Below are positions 1 through 9,727 of a DNA stretch of 64,000 nt, piece after piece. The notes under the pieces were generated by a model, which saw only the letters and a list, made by a program, of their open reading frames with translations, was not told the DNA's origin and made no database searches. This DNA comes from Terriglobales bacterium (lineage in GTDB: Bacteria; Acidobacteriota; Terriglobia; Terriglobales; SCQP01). A program made the position numbers and the translations under genes. Where the stretch lies: assembly GCA_025451775.1 (NCBI GenBank), contig JANWJU010000157.1:635-64634 (forward strand). Reading direction: 5' to 3'. How positions within the stretch are numbered: the stretch's first letter is position 1; every line of letters begins with the position of its first letter.

Positions 1-2
1 GC

Positions 3-173
3 GAGGCCGACCTGCGCGATCAACTGTTCCGTCTGCGCTTCCAGATGTCGATGGGGCAGAGCGAGAGCATTAAAAAACTCCGCGAACTCCGGCGCGACAT
101 CGCCCGCGTCAAAACCCTTACCACCGAGCGCGCGGCCTCATCGAGCAGCGGCCGCGTGCAAGGAGGCCAGTAG
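3..173 (+). CDS. rpmC: 50S ribosomal protein L29, C-terminal part (5' end outside window)
   Basis: The frame is open from the window edge and reads [43 protein letters not shown]... The stop TAG at 171-173 lies 1 nt before the S17 start. This is the canonical position upstream of rpsQ. Confidence 0.85.
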   Translation, partial: EADLRDQLFRLRFQMSMGQSESIKKLRELRRDIARVKTLTTERAASSSSGRVQGGQ

Positions 174-174
174 C

Positions 175-573
175 ATGACCGCCCCTGAAACTCCGGCAAA
201 TTTGCGCGACTCCCGCCGCAACGAAAAAGTAGGCCATGTCGTCTCGACCAAAATGGCCAAGACCGTGGTGGTCGAGGTGACGCTGCGCACCGCCCATCCC
301 CTCTACCGCCGCGGTATGACTCATCACCGCCGCTTCTACGCCCATGACGAGCAGGGCGCCTGCCAAGTGGGCGATGTGGTCCGCATTCAGGAGACCCGCC
401 CGCTCAGCCGGCTGAAGCGCTGGCGTCTGCTGGAGATCGTACGCCGCGCCGCCGCCGCCCCCAGCGCCGCCGAAATCGCGGCCGCTCTGGGCCAGGGCGA
501 GCTGGCGCGCGACACCCGCAAACCCAAGCCCAAGGCGGCGCCCGCGGCGCCGGCCAGCGAGGAGACCCGCTAA
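175..573 (+). CDS. rpsQ: 30S ribosomal protein S17 with Ala/Pro/Lys-rich C-terminal tail
   Basis: ORF track, 132 aa. The core [18 protein letters not shown]...YAHDE...[21 protein letters not shown] is the S17 OB-fold signature. Synteny is L29-S17-L14. Confidence 0.95.
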   Translation: MTAPETPANLRDSRRNEKVGHVVSTKMAKTVVVEVTLRTAHPLYRRGMTHHRRFYAHDEQGACQVGDVVRIQETRPLSRLKRWRLLEIVRRAAAAPSAAEIAAALGQGELARDTRKPKPKAAPAAPASEETR

Positions 574-941
574 TGGTGCAGATGCGAACCATCCTGCAGG
601 TGGCCGACAACAGCGGCGCCCGCAAGCTCCAGGTCATCCTGCCCATCGGTGGCCATACCGGCCTGCGCGCCGGCTTGGGCGACGTGGTCACGGCCGCCGT
701 TAAAGAGGCGGCGCCCGACGGCCAAGCCAAGAAGGGCACCGTGGTGCGCGTGGTCATCGTCCGCACCCGCAAGGAGACGCGCCGCAAAGATGGCACCTAC
801 ATCCGTTTTGATCAGAACGCCGGCGTGCTCATCAACGAGACCGGCGAGCCGGTGGGCACGCGCGTGTTTGGCCCCGTGGCCCGTGAGCTGCGCGACAAAC
901 GCTTCTTGAAGATCGTTTCCCTGGCGCCGGAGGTGCTCTAG
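573..941 (+). CDS. rplN: 50S ribosomal protein L14
   Basis: 122 aa, [18 protein letters not shown]...[24 protein letters not shown]. The start overlaps the S17 stop. Confidence 0.97.
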   Translation: MVQMRTILQVADNSGARKLQVILPIGGHTGLRAGLGDVVTAAVKEAAPDGQAKKGTVVRVVIVRTRKETRRKDGTYIRFDQNAGVLINETGEPVGTRVFGPVARELRDKRFLKIVSLAPEVL

Positions 942-977
942 CCGCGGCCGGCAGGGCGGCGAGCTGAGGCTGATTTT

Positions 978-1316
978 ATGAAACAGATGCTGATTCACAG
1001 GGACGATCTGGTGAAGGTCATTGCCGGACGGGACAAAGGCAAGCAGGGCAAGGTGCTGCGTGCCTTTCCCGCCGAGGGCCGGGTGCTGGTCGAGCGCGTG
1101 ATGATGGTCAAGCGCCATACCCGCCCCAACCCCAACCGCCAAATCAAGGGCGGCATCGCCGAGCACGAAGCCCCCATCGCCGTGTCCAACGTCATGCTCA
1201 TCTGTCCCGAGTGCGGTCCCACGCGGGTGCGCAAGCAGGCCTCCACCGGCGACACCGCCCACCACCACCGCCAACGCGTCTGCAAAAAATGCGGAAGGCT
1301 GCTCGATAAGAAATGA
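978..1316 (+). CDS. rplX: 50S ribosomal protein L24 (variant carrying CxxC...CxxC)
   Basis: 112 aa with the KOW motif VKVIAGRDKGKQGKV and synteny L14-L24-L5. The C-terminal half contains CPECG and CKKCG. Confidence 0.92.
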   Translation: MKQMLIHRDDLVKVIAGRDKGKQGKVLRAFPAEGRVLVERVMMVKRHTRPNPNRQIKGGIAEHEAPIAVSNVMLICPECGPTRVRKQASTGDTAHHHRQRVCKKCGRLLDKK

Positions 1317-1385
1317 AACCGCCGTTGGCGGTTGCGTTGCCTCCCGGGCAATCGGCCACCGTCAACCGGCAACTTAAAGGACTCC

Positions 1386-1931
1386 ATGGCTGCCCGTTTG
1401 CACGAACGCTACCTCAACGAGATCGCTCCCGCGCTGATGAAGGATTTCAGCCTCGCCAATCGCATGGCGGTGCCCCGGCTGCATAAAGTCGTGGTCAACA
1501 TGGGCGTGGGCGAGGCTACCCAGAATGCCAAGCTGATGGAAACCGCCGTGGCCGAATTGGGGGCCATCTGCGGCCAGAAGCCGGTGGTCACCAAGGCGAA
1601 AAAGAGCATCGCCGCCTTCAAGCTGCGCGAAAACATGCCCATCGGCGTCTGTGTCACCCTGCGGGGCGAGCGCATGTATGAATTTGTCGACCGCCTGCTG
1701 AACGTGGTGCTGCCCCGCGTCCGCGATTTCCGCGGCGTTTCGCCCAAGAGCTTTGATGGCCGCGGCAACTACACGCTGGGGTTGCGCGACCAGATTATTT
1801 TCCCCGAGATCGATTACGCCAAGGTGGATAAGACCATGGGCATGAATGTGACCCTGGTGACCACCGCCGCCAACGATGAACAGGCGCGGGCGCTGCTGCA
1901 ACACCTGGGCATGCCCTTCCGCGCCGCTTAG
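1386..1931 (+). CDS. rplE: 50S ribosomal protein L5
   Basis: The internal ATG at 1386 ([21 protein letters not shown]...) is preferred over the ORF-track start at 1332, whose N-terminus is junk-like. The full L5 body follows (...[30 protein letters not shown]...). Confidence 0.93.
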   Translation: MAARLHERYLNEIAPALMKDFSLANRMAVPRLHKVVVNMGVGEATQNAKLMETAVAELGAICGQKPVVTKAKKSIAAFKLRENMPIGVCVTLRGERMYEFVDRLLNVVLPRVRDFRGVSPKSFDGRGNYTLGLRDQIIFPEIDYAKVDKTMGMNVTLVTTAANDEQARALLQHLGMPFRAA

Positions 1932-1944
1932 GAGAGGTTTCGTA

Positions 1945-2130
1945 ATGGCCACCACCGCCAAAATCGCCAAGACCAAGAAGAAGCTCAAGTTTCAGGTGCG
2001 CCAGCGCCATCGGTGCGCGTTGTGCGGGCGGCCCCGCGCCGTGCTGAGCAAATTCGGCCTCTGCCGGTTGTGTTTCCGCGATCACGCCCTGCGGGGCGAA
2101 ATCGCCGGCGTGACCAAGGCCAGTTGGTAA
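1945..2130 (+). CDS. rpsN: 30S ribosomal protein S14, zinc-binding type Z
   Basis: ATG at 1945 inside ORF 1876..2130 gives a 61-aa protein, [61 protein letters not shown]. It has the Cys4 motif typical of short S14. Confidence 0.93.
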   Translation: MATTAKIAKTKKKLKFQVRQRHRCALCGRPRAVLSKFGLCRLCFRDHALRGEIAGVTKASW

Positions 2131-2170
2131 GAAATGCCGGTTGGGCAAACTGGTAAGGAGTAGAGAGAGC

Positions 2171-2569
2171 ATGAGTCTAACTGATCCCGTCGCCGATCTG
2201 CTGACGCGTCTCCGCAACGCCGTCCGCTCCCACCACGTCAAGGTCGACGTGCCCAGCTCCAAGCTCAAGCTGGAGATTGTCAGAATCCTGCAGGACGAAG
2301 GCTATGTGGGCGGATTCAAACTCAACGAAGAGAACGGACGCCCCTTGCTCAAGGTCCAGCTCAAGTACGGACCCAACGACCAGCCGGTCCTGAGCAATTT
2401 GCGGCGCGTCTCCCATCCCGGCTGCCGCGTCTACATCGGCCGCCACGACATCCGGCCGGTGCTGGGCGGGTTGGGCATCAGTATTTTGAGTACGCCGCGG
2501 GGCGTCATGACCGGCCGCCAAGCCCGCAAGCTGGGTGTGGGCGGCGAACTGCTGTGCGAGGTCTGGTAA
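2171..2569 (+). CDS. rpsH: 30S ribosomal protein S8
   Basis: ATG at 2171 ([17 protein letters not shown]...) lies inside ORF 2141..2569. The protein ends ...[11 protein letters not shown]. Confidence 0.95.
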   Translation: MSLTDPVADLLTRLRNAVRSHHVKVDVPSSKLKLEIVRILQDEGYVGGFKLNEENGRPLLKVQLKYGPNDQPVLSNLRRVSHPGCRVYIGRHDIRPVLGGLGISILSTPRGVMTGRQARKLGVGGELLCEVW

Positions 2570-2573
2570 ATCT

Positions 2574-3113
2574 ATGTCTCGAGTAGGCCGCAAACCCATC
2601 CCTGTTCCCGCCGGCGTCAAAGTGGACGTGCAGCCCCGCCATGTGCAGGTCCAGGGCCCCAAGGGCAAGCTGCAGATTGCGGTTCCCGACGGTGTCACCT
2701 TCAAACAGGTCAAAAGCGAACTCACCGCCGAGCGCCGTTCCGACGCCTTCGCTCCCCTGCACGGCCTCGCCCGCAGCCTGGTTGCCAACGCCGTCCAGGG
2801 CGTCTCGGCCGGCTTCCAAAAGGAGCTGGACATCGTCGGTGTCGGTTTTCGCGCCGAGATGAAGGGCAAGACCATCCTGGTGTTGAACCTGGGCTTCAGC
2901 CATCTGATCGAGTACCGGCTGCCGGCCGAGATTCAGATCGCCGTCGACGCTAAGCTCACCCATCTCACCGTCACCGGCATCGACCGCCAGCGGGTGGGGC
3001 AGGTGGCGGCGGAGTTGCGCGCTCTGCGTCCCCCGGATCCGTATAAAAACAAGGGCGTGCGCTATACCGGCGAACGCCTGAAGAAGAAGGAGGGCAAGAC
3101 CGGCGCGAAGTAG
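2574..3113 (+). CDS. rplF: 50S ribosomal protein L6
   Basis: ATG at 2574 ([19 protein letters not shown]...) lies inside ORF 2535..3113. The protein shows the two-domain L6 pattern. Confidence 0.95.
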   Translation: MSRVGRKPIPVPAGVKVDVQPRHVQVQGPKGKLQIAVPDGVTFKQVKSELTAERRSDAFAPLHGLARSLVANAVQGVSAGFQKELDIVGVGFRAEMKGKTILVLNLGFSHLIEYRLPAEIQIAVDAKLTHLTVTGIDRQRVGQVAAELRALRPPDPYKNKGVRYTGERLKKKEGKTGAK

Positions 3114-3176
3114 CGCCGGCCCGGCCGCCCGCGATTCCCCAGCGCTGGCGCCCCGGTCTCTGCCAAGGTCTCAGCC

Positions 3177-3545
3177 ATGATCGACGCCACCTCGAAAAAT
3201 CTCCGCCGCCAACGCCGCCAGCGCCGGGCCCGCTCCCGTTTTCAGGGTACCGCCCAGCGTCCGCGCCTGAACGTGTTCCGTTCGCTGAACCACATCTACG
3301 CCCAACTCATCGACGATCAGGCCGGCCAGACGCTGGTGGCCGCCTCCAGCCAAAAGCTCGGCGGTGCCACCGGCGGCATCAACTCGGGCAACATCGCCGC
3401 CGCCCACGCCGTGGGTGAGGCGATCGCCGCCCGGGCCCTGGAAAAAGGCATCCGCGCCGTGGTCTTCGACCGCGCCGGCTATCCCTATCATGGCCGCGTC
3501 AAGGCGCTGGCCGAAGCCGCGCGCCAGGCGGGGCTGCAATTCTAA
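3177..3545 (+). CDS. rplR: 50S ribosomal protein L18
   Basis: 122 aa, ...[20 protein letters not shown]...[26 protein letters not shown]. Confidence 0.96.
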   Translation: MIDATSKNLRRQRRQRRARSRFQGTAQRPRLNVFRSLNHIYAQLIDDQAGQTLVAASSQKLGGATGGINSGNIAAAHAVGEAIAARALEKGIRAVVFDRAGYPYHGRVKALAEAARQAGLQF

Positions 3546-3558
3546 AAGGATCTATCGC

Positions 3559-4068
3559 ATGCCTGCCATTGTCACCCGCCTCAATCCGGACCAGTACCAG
3601 CTGAAAGACCAGGTCGTCTCTATTAACCGCGTCACCAAGGTGGTCAAGGGCGGCAAAAACCTCTCCTTTGCCGCGCTGGTCGTGGTGGGCGATCCCGCCG
3701 CGGGCGTCATCGGCTTCGGCAGCGGCAAAAGCAAAGAGGTGCCCTCGGCCATCCGCAAGGGCATCGAGAGCGCCAAGAAAAACCTGGTGCACGTCCATCG
3801 CCTGCAGACCACCATCCCCCACCTGGTGCTGGGCCGCTTCGGGTCCGGCCAGGTGCTGCTGAAACCCGCCCCGGAAGGCACCGGCGTCATCGCCGGCAAA
3901 GCCGTCCGCGCCGTGATGGAGTCGGCCGGCATCTCCAACGTGCTCACCAAAAGCATCGGCACCACCAACCCCCACAACGTCATCAAGGCGACTTTCGCCG
4001 CCCTCACCCAGTTGCGCGACAGACAGCAGGTCGCCGCCCTGCGTGGCAAATCTCCCGACGAGCTCTAA
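3559..4068 (+). CDS. rpsE: 30S ribosomal protein S5
   Basis: ATG at 3559 lies inside ORF 3364..4068. Signature sequence: ...[27 protein letters not shown]...[19 protein letters not shown]... Confidence 0.95.
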   Translation: MPAIVTRLNPDQYQLKDQVVSINRVTKVVKGGKNLSFAALVVVGDPAAGVIGFGSGKSKEVPSAIRKGIESAKKNLVHVHRLQTTIPHLVLGRFGSGQVLLKPAPEGTGVIAGKAVRAVMESAGISNVLTKSIGTTNPHNVIKATFAALTQLRDRQQVAALRGKSPDEL

Positions 4069-4082
4069 TTATTGGAATCGCC

Positions 4083-4328
4083 ATGCCCTCCACCATTCGT
4101 ATCCAGTACTATCGCAGCGCCATCGGACGCTCCTGGCGCCAGAAGGCCATCGTCAAGGGCCTCGGCTTGACCAAGCTCAACCAAGTGGTCGTTCGTCCCG
4201 ATAACCCCGGCTTCCGCGGCATGGTGGCCAAGATTCCCCACCTCATCCGCATCGTGTCCGCCGATGTCGTATCCGGCGCCCCCGCCCGGGCTCAAGCGGG
4301 CGGCGGAGCCGGGCGCCCGCGCCCATAG
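4083..4328 (+). CDS. rpmD: 50S ribosomal protein L30 with Gly/Ala/Pro-rich tail
   Basis: 81 aa, [33 protein letters not shown]...[12 protein letters not shown]. About 20 extra residues follow the L30 core. Confidence 0.9.
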   Translation: MPSTIRIQYYRSAIGRSWRQKAIVKGLGLTKLNQVVVRPDNPGFRGMVAKIPHLIRIVSADVVSGAPARAQAGGGAGRPRP

Positions 4329-4343
4329 AGGAGAGAAGCGCTC

Positions 4344-4784
4344 ATGAACCTCAGTCAGATCAAAAAGCCGAAAGGCGCCACCCATCCCCGCAAGCGCGTC
4401 GGCCGCGGCATGGGCTCGGGCCATGGCAAAACCTCGACCCGCGGCCACAAGGGCCAGCGTTCCCGCTCCGGCCATAGCCTGATGCGCGGCTTCGAGGGCG
4501 GCCAGATGCCCATTCATCGCCGTCTGCCCAAGCGCGGCTTCACCAACATTTTTCGCAAGCGCTACGCCGTCGTCAACCTCGATCAGTTGGTCCGGCTGGG
4601 CGTGGCGGCCGTCTCTCCATCGTTGCTCATCGAACACAAGGTCATCCGCCACGTATATGATGGTCTTAAGGTGCTCGCGCGTGGTGAGCTGAAAACCCCG
4701 CTACGCGTGTCGGCCCACATCTTCAGCGCCGCCGCCCAAGCCAAAATCGAAGCCGCCGGCGGCTCTGTCGAGGTCCTCGTCTAG
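4344..4784 (+). CDS. rplO: 50S ribosomal protein L15
   Basis: 146 aa, ...[26 protein letters not shown]...[15 protein letters not shown]... Confidence 0.96.
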   Translation: MNLSQIKKPKGATHPRKRVGRGMGSGHGKTSTRGHKGQRSRSGHSLMRGFEGGQMPIHRRLPKRGFTNIFRKRYAVVNLDQLVRLGVAAVSPSLLIEHKVIRHVYDGLKVLARGELKTPLRVSAHIFSAAAQAKIEAAGGSVEVLV

Positions 4785-4839
4785 GAGCGTTGAAGTGCTC
4801 CTCGTAAGCTGATAGCTAACCGCTAAGAGCTAGCTTCCT

Positions 4840-6249
4840 ATGTTCGAATCCATCGCCAACATCTTTAAGGTTACGGACCTGCGCAAGCGCGTGCTGTTTA
4901 CGTTCTTCATCATGTTCGTTTACCGGTTGGGTTCGCACATCCCCACCCCGGGGATCAATACCGCCGTCCTGGAACAGTGGTTCGCGCAGAACTCCGGCAC
5001 GCTGTTCGGCTACATCAACATGTTCAGCGGCGGCAACTTCAGCCAGATGACGGTGTTCGCCCTGGGCATCATGCCCTACATCACCGCCGCCATCATCCTG
5101 GAGTTGATGACGGTCGTGTGGCCCTATCTGGAGAAACTGCAAAAGGAAGGGGAACTGGGCCGCCGTAAGATCACGCAGTACACCCGCTACCTGACCATCG
5201 TCCTTTCCATCTTCCAGAGCCTGGGCATCGCCATCACGCTGCAAAAGAACACCTTCAACGGCGCCGGTTTCGTCATCAGCCCCGGCTTCGGCTTCATTCT
5301 CATGACGGTCCTGACGCTGACAACAGGCTCGGCATTCGTGATGTGGCTGGGGGAGCAGATTACCGACCGCGGCGTCGGCAACGGCATGTCGCTCATCATT
5401 TTTGCGGGCATCGTCGTGGGCTTGCCGGCGGCCATCGGTGACCTCTGGACCAAAGTCCAGACCAGCTACTGGGGTGCGCTCACCGTCCCCGGCATCCTCC
5501 TGCTGCTGGCGCTGATGCTGGCGGTAGTGGCCTTTATCGTCTTCGTCGAGCGCAGCGAACGCCGCATTCCGGTGCAGTACGCCAAGCGCGTGGTGGGGCG
5601 CAAGCTCATGGGCGGTCAATCCACCCATTTGCCCATCCGCGTCAATAGTGGCGGCGTGATGCCGGTCATCTTCGCGGCCTCCATCCTGACCTTCCCGCAG
5701 TCGATGGCGATGCTGCCGGCGGTGGCCAATAGCAAAGTGTTTGGGCCCATGTTCGCGGCCATGAATTATGGACGGCCGCTCTACAGCCTGGTCTACATCG
5801 TCAGCATCATCTTCTTCGCCTACTTCTACGTCTCCATCATCTTCAACCCCGTGGAAGTGGCCGACAACATGCGCAAGTACGGCGGGTTCGTGCCGGGCAT
5901 CCGGCCCGGCCGCCACACCAGCGAGTTCATCAACAACATTCTCACCCGCATCACGTTGGTGGGCGCCCTCTACTTGGTGATCGTCTCGCTGGTGCCGCAG
6001 TTCCTGATCGCGGGCTCGCAACTCCAACACCTGCCCGGTTTCATGGGCGATTGGTTCGCCAACGCGCCACCCTGGTTTTTGAATGGCCTGGGGGTCAACT
6101 TCTACTTTGGGGGCACGTCGCTGCTGATCGTGGTGGGCGTGGCCATGGACACCGTGCAGCAGGTGGAGGCGCAGCTCATCATGCGCCACTACGAGGGCTT
6201 TACCGCGCGCTCGTCGCGCATCCGGGGACGCCGTTCCTATTGGGCATGA
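4840..6249 (+). CDS. secY: preprotein translocase subunit SecY
   Basis: 469 aa polytopic membrane protein, ...LGIMPYITAAIILELM...GNGMSLIIFAGIV... It sits in the canonical position after rplO. Confidence 0.97.
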   Translation: MFESIANIFKVTDLRKRVLFTFFIMFVYRLGSHIPTPGINTAVLEQWFAQNSGTLFGYINMFSGGNFSQMTVFALGIMPYITAAIILELMTVVWPYLEKLQKEGELGRRKITQYTRYLTIVLSIFQSLGIAITLQKNTFNGAGFVISPGFGFILMTVLTLTTGSAFVMWLGEQITDRGVGNGMSLIIFAGIVVGLPAAIGDLWTKVQTSYWGALTVPGILLLLALMLAVVAFIVFVERSERRIPVQYAKRVVGRKLMGGQSTHLPIRVNSGGVMPVIFAASILTFPQSMAMLPAVANSKVFGPMFAAMNYGRPLYSLVYIVSIIFFAYFYVSIIFNPVEVADNMRKYGGFVPGIRPGRHTSEFINNILTRITLVGALYLVIVSLVPQFLIAGSQLQHLPGFMGDWFANAPPWFLNGLGVNFYFGGTSLLIVVGVAMDTVQQVEAQLIMRHYEGFTARSSRIRGRRSYWA

Positions 6250-6951
6250 ATGGTCCCCATCCTTTTGCTCGGAGTGCCCGGGGCGGGCAAGGGCACGCAG
6301 GCCAAACGTTTGGTCGCGCGCTATCACATCCCCCATCTTTCCACCGGCGACATGTTGCGCGAGATCGAGACCAGCGGCTCGGCGCAGGGAGTGCAGATTG
6401 GCCACGACATGCATCAGGGGAACTTGGTGCCCGACACCGTGGTCTGCCAGGTGGTGGGCAAGCGGTTGCAGCGGCCGGATTGCCGCAATGGCTACATTCT
6501 GGATGGGTTTCCGCGGACGCTCCCGCAGGCAGAATGGCTCATTGGGTTTCTGCACAATGGCGCCAGTTTTCGTCCGGCCGGACCGATTATTGTGGTGTAT
6601 TTGACCGTGGGTTATAATGATCTGTACCGCCGGTTGCTGGGACGGCGGAGCTGCCCGGAGTGTGGGCGGATTTACAACGATTTCACCCAGCCTCCCCGCC
6701 AGGCCGGCGTGTGTGACCTGGATCAGACCGCGCTGGTGCAGCGGCACGACGACGATCCCGCCGTTATCCGCGAGCGCCTGAGCGCGTATGAGGAGAGAAC
6801 GTTGCCGCTGGTGCAGTTTTTCCGCAGCCACGGCCAGTTGCTGGAGATCAATGGCGCTGAGCCGGTCAACCGGGTGAGCGAGCGCATGTTCGCGGCCATC
6901 GATCCGTTTATCGCGGTGCCGGCGTGCCCGCCCACCGGGGGCGGGCAATGA
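6250..6951 (+). CDS. adk: adenylate kinase (Cys3-Asp zinc-lid type)
   Basis: 233 aa. The P-loop is LLLGVPGAGKGTQAKRL and the lid is CPECGRIYN...CDLD. The ATG abuts the secY stop. Confidence 0.95.
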   Translation: MVPILLLGVPGAGKGTQAKRLVARYHIPHLSTGDMLREIETSGSAQGVQIGHDMHQGNLVPDTVVCQVVGKRLQRPDCRNGYILDGFPRTLPQAEWLIGFLHNGASFRPAGPIIVVYLTVGYNDLYRRLLGRRSCPECGRIYNDFTQPPRQAGVCDLDQTALVQRHDDDPAVIRERLSAYEERTLPLVQFFRSHGQLLEINGAEPVNRVSERMFAAIDPFIAVPACPPTGGGQ

Positions 6952-7706
6952 TCGCCCGGCGGTCGCCGCTGGAGTTGGCCAAGATGCGCCGCGCCGGGCT
7001 GGTGGTCTATGAGGTGTTGCAGGCGGTGGCCGAGACGATCCGGCCGGGCGCCAGCACGTGGGATTTGGAGGAGGTAGCGGACCGGGCGATCCGGGATCGG
7101 GGCGCTGTGTCGGCGTTCCGCGGGTACCGCGGCTACCCTTGTGTCTTGTGTGTGTCGGTGAATGAACAAGTGATCCACGGAATTCCCAGCCGAAAGCGCG
7201 TGCTCCAAGCCGGCGAGATCGTCTCGCTGGATTGCGGGGTGGTGATGGAGGGCTACTACGGCGATTCCGCTACCACGGTGATCGCCGGGGCCCCGGCGGC
7301 GGCGGCCGCTCCGGCGCGGAAGTTGCTGGAGGTGACGCAAGCGGCGCTGGCCGCGGCCATCGAGCAGGCGCGGCCCGGCAATCGCCTGGGGGATATCTCG
7401 CAGGCTGTGCAAGAGCGCGCCGAGCGGGAAGGCTACAGCGTGGTGCGGGAGTTTGTCGGCCACGGTATTGGAACCCATCTCCATGAGGATCCGCAGGTGC
7501 CCAATTACGGCGCCGCCGGCCACGGTCCCAAGCTGAAGACGGGCATGGTGCTGGCGATCGAGCCCATGATCAACCAGGGAGCCGCCGCCGTGCAGGTGCT
7601 CTCTGACGGCTGGACCGCGGTCACCGCCGATGGCAGCGCCTCGGCCCATTTCGAACACACCGTCGCCATCACCGACGACGGTCCCTGGGTATTAACACGG
7701 CCTTGA
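6948..7706 (+). CDS. map: type I methionine aminopeptidase
   Basis: ATG at 6948 overlaps the adk stop (ATGA); the ORF track starts at 6924. Motifs: ...SLDCGVVMEGYYGDSA...FVGHGIGTHLHEDPQVPNY...LAIEPMIN...EHTV... Confidence 0.95.
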   Translation: MIARRSPLELAKMRRAGLVVYEVLQAVAETIRPGASTWDLEEVADRAIRDRGAVSAFRGYRGYPCVLCVSVNEQVIHGIPSRKRVLQAGEIVSLDCGVVMEGYYGDSATTVIAGAPAAAAAPARKLLEVTQAALAAAIEQARPGNRLGDISQAVQERAEREGYSVVREFVGHGIGTHLHEDPQVPNYGAAGHGPKLKTGMVLAIEPMINQGAAAVQVLSDGWTAVTADGSASAHFEHTVAITDDGPWVLTRP

Positions 7707-7724
7707 GGGCCGTAAGCGAGGCGA

Positions 7725-7943
7725 ATGAGTAAAGAAGACGCGATTGAGGTCATGGGCACCGTGCTGGAACCGTTGCCCAACGGCATGTTCAAGGTGGAAT
7801 TGGAGAACAAACATCAGGTGTTGGCGCACATCAGCGGCAAGATTCGCAAAAACTACATTCGCATCCTGCCGGGGGACCGCGTCGCCGTCGAACTGTCTCC
7901 CTACGACCTCACCCGCGGCCGCATTGTCTATCGGTATAAGTAG
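7725..7943 (+). CDS. infA: translation initiation factor IF-1
   Basis: 72 aa, ...[52 protein letters not shown]. Confidence 0.97.
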   Translation: MSKEDAIEVMGTVLEPLPNGMFKVELENKHQVLAHISGKIRKNYIRILPGDRVAVELSPYDLTRGRIVYRYK

Positions 7944-7968
7944 TCTGTAGTAGGTTGAAATAAACGCC

Positions 7969-8082
7969 ATGAAAGTTCGCGCTTCCGTCAAAAAAATCTG
8001 TGCCAAGTGCACCGTCGTACATCGCAAGGGCGTGGTCCGCGTGCTGTGCGAGAACCCCAAACACAAACAGCGGCAAGGCTGA
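7969..8082 (+). CDS. rpmJ: 50S ribosomal protein L36 (zinc-ribbon form)
   Basis: Too short (<60 aa) for the ORF track. Manual translation from ATG 7969 gives [37 protein letters not shown], with TGA at 8080-8082. It lies between infA and rpsM as expected. Confidence 0.92.
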   Translation: MKVRASVKKICAKCTVVHRKGVVRVLCENPKHKQRQG

Positions 8083-8108
8083 CCCCAGGCTCACCAAGGA
8101 ACTCCGTT

Positions 8109-8495
8109 ATGGCACGTATCTCCGGCGTTGATCTGCCCCGGCACAAACACACCGACATCGCTCTGACCTATATCTACGGCATCGGCCGCCAACGGGCCGC
8201 CGCCATTGTGGCCCAGGCGGGCGTGGATGGCCGCAAACGCATCGACGAACTCTCCGATGACGAGGTCAACCACATCCGCCAGGTGATTGAGACCCAGGGC
8301 GGGGTGGAAGGCGACCTGCGCAAGGAAACCTCGATGAATATCAAGCGCCTCATCGAGATCGGGTCCTACCGCGGCCTGCGGCACCGCCGCAGCCTCCCCA
8401 CCCGCGGCCAGCGCACCCATACCAACGCCCGCACCCGCAAGGGTCCGCGCCGCGGCACTGTCACCAACAAGAAAAAGGCCACCGGAAAGACCTAG
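8109..8495 (+). CDS. rpsM: 30S ribosomal protein S13
   Basis: ATG at 8109 ([26 protein letters not shown]...) lies inside ORF 8007..8495. Confidence 0.95.
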   Translation: MARISGVDLPRHKHTDIALTYIYGIGRQRAAAIVAQAGVDGRKRIDELSDDEVNHIRQVIETQGGVEGDLRKETSMNIKRLIEIGSYRGLRHRRSLPTRGQRTHTNARTRKGPRRGTVTNKKKATGKT

Positions 8496-8507
8496 GTCCC
8501 CGGGTTG

Positions 8508-8555
8508 AGGACTAGGGATTAGGACTGGCATTAGGACTGGCATTTAGGACTATCA
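8508..8555 (+). repeat. four tandem AGGACT-containing 12-13 nt units filling the rpsM-rpsK spacer
   Basis: Read directly: AGGACTAGGGATT / AGGACTGGCATT / AGGACTGGCATTT / AGGACTATCA, followed immediately by the rpsK ATG at 8556. Confidence 0.8.
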
Positions 8556-8993
8556 ATGGCGAAAGCACAAACCAAAGCCGCCGCGGGCAAGCCCGCTGCC
8601 AAGCCCGCCGGCAAAAAGAAATCGTTCAAAAAGCGGGAGAAGAAGAACGTTCCCCTGGGCGTGGTCCACATTCAAGCCACGTTCAACAACACCCTGGTGA
8701 CCATCGCCAGTCCGGATGGCAAAGTGTTGTCCTGGTCCAGCGCCGGTTCCTTGGGCTTTCGGGGCTCGCGCAAGGGCACGCCCTTCGCCGCTGGCCAGGC
8801 CGCCCTACGCGCCGCCACCGGCGCCCGTGATCAAGGCATGCGCTCGGTCGAAGTGCGCGTCACCGGCCCCGGCTCCGGACGCGAAACCGCCATCCGCTCC
8901 CTCGCCACCGCTGGCCTGGAAGTGCGCGCCATCAAGGACGTCACCCCCATTCCCCACAACGGCTGCCGCCCCGCCAAGCGCCGCCGCGTTTGA
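8556..8993 (+). CDS. rpsK: 30S ribosomal protein S11 with Lys/Ala-rich N-terminal extension
   Basis: 145 aa, ...[46 protein letters not shown]... Confidence 0.96.
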   Translation: MAKAQTKAAAGKPAAKPAGKKKSFKKREKKNVPLGVVHIQATFNNTLVTIASPDGKVLSWSSAGSLGFRGSRKGTPFAAGQAALRAATGARDQGMRSVEVRVTGPGSGRETAIRSLATAGLEVRAIKDVTPIPHNGCRPAKRRRV

Positions 8994-9028
8994 AACTGAC
9001 CACTAGCAACTGGTAACTGGCAACTTTT

Positions 9029-9658
9029 ATGGCTCGATACACTGGTCCCGTTTGCCGCCTCTGCCGCCGCGAAGGCATGAAGCTGTTCCTCAAGGGTGAG
9101 CGCTGCTTTTCCAGCAAGTGCGCGGTGGAGAAGCGCAACACCCCGCCCGGACAGCACGGCGCCGCCCGCCGCCCCAAAATTGTCGGCTATGGCTTGCAGT
9201 TGCGGGAAAAACAAAAGGCCCGCCGCATTTATGGGGTGCTGGAAAAGCAGTTCCGCGGCTACTTCGAGCGCGCCAGCCGCCGCCCCGGCATCACCGGTGA
9301 TTTGTTGCTGCGCCAACTCGAACTGCGCCTCGATAACGTCGTCCACCGCCTCGGCTTTGCCACCAGCCGCGCCCAGGCCCGCCAGTTCGTGCGCCACGGC
9401 CACATCCTGGTCAACGAGCGCAAAGTCAACATCCCCAGCTTCCAGCTCAAGCCCGGCGATTCCGTCGCCGTGCGCGAAAAGAGCCGCCAGCTTGCCCCGA
9501 TCGTCCACGCCGCCGAGTTTCTTGGCCACGGCAACCTGGCTCCGTGGCTGGAACTGGACCGCGCCCTATTCACCGGCCGCATCTTGCATCCGCCCGAGCG
9601 TGCCGACATCAATCTGCCGCTGCAGGAGCAGATGATCGTTGAGCTTTACAGCAAATAA
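9029..9658 (+). CDS. rpsD: 30S ribosomal protein S4 (Cys4 N-terminus)
   Basis: 209 aa, starting [31 protein letters not shown]. The S4 RNA-binding domain follows (...[38 protein letters not shown]...). Confidence 0.96.
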   Translation: MARYTGPVCRLCRREGMKLFLKGERCFSSKCAVEKRNTPPGQHGAARRPKIVGYGLQLREKQKARRIYGVLEKQFRGYFERASRRPGITGDLLLRQLELRLDNVVHRLGFATSRAQARQFVRHGHILVNERKVNIPSFQLKPGDSVAVREKSRQLAPIVHAAEFLGHGNLAPWLELDRALFTGRILHPPERADINLPLQEQMIVELYSK

Positions 9659-9727
9659 CATCTGCATTTTTCAGGAGAGTGGGTCATCACCATGCCGACA
9701 GCTTGGACCGCCGAGGAGAAACACAGC

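Noticed and set aside
4816-6948. 710-aa minus-strand ORF antisense to secY and adk.
   Set aside because: Its translation is Arg/Gly/Ala/His-rich and low-complexity. It lies exactly opposite two unambiguous conserved genes, so it is a typical shadow ORF of GC-rich DNA.
8508-8555. Mini-CRISPR or attenuator interpretation of the AGGACT tandem units.
   Set aside because: The units are contiguous 12-13 nt repeats with no spacers and no convincing terminator hairpin. They are kept only as an SD-like microsatellite observation.
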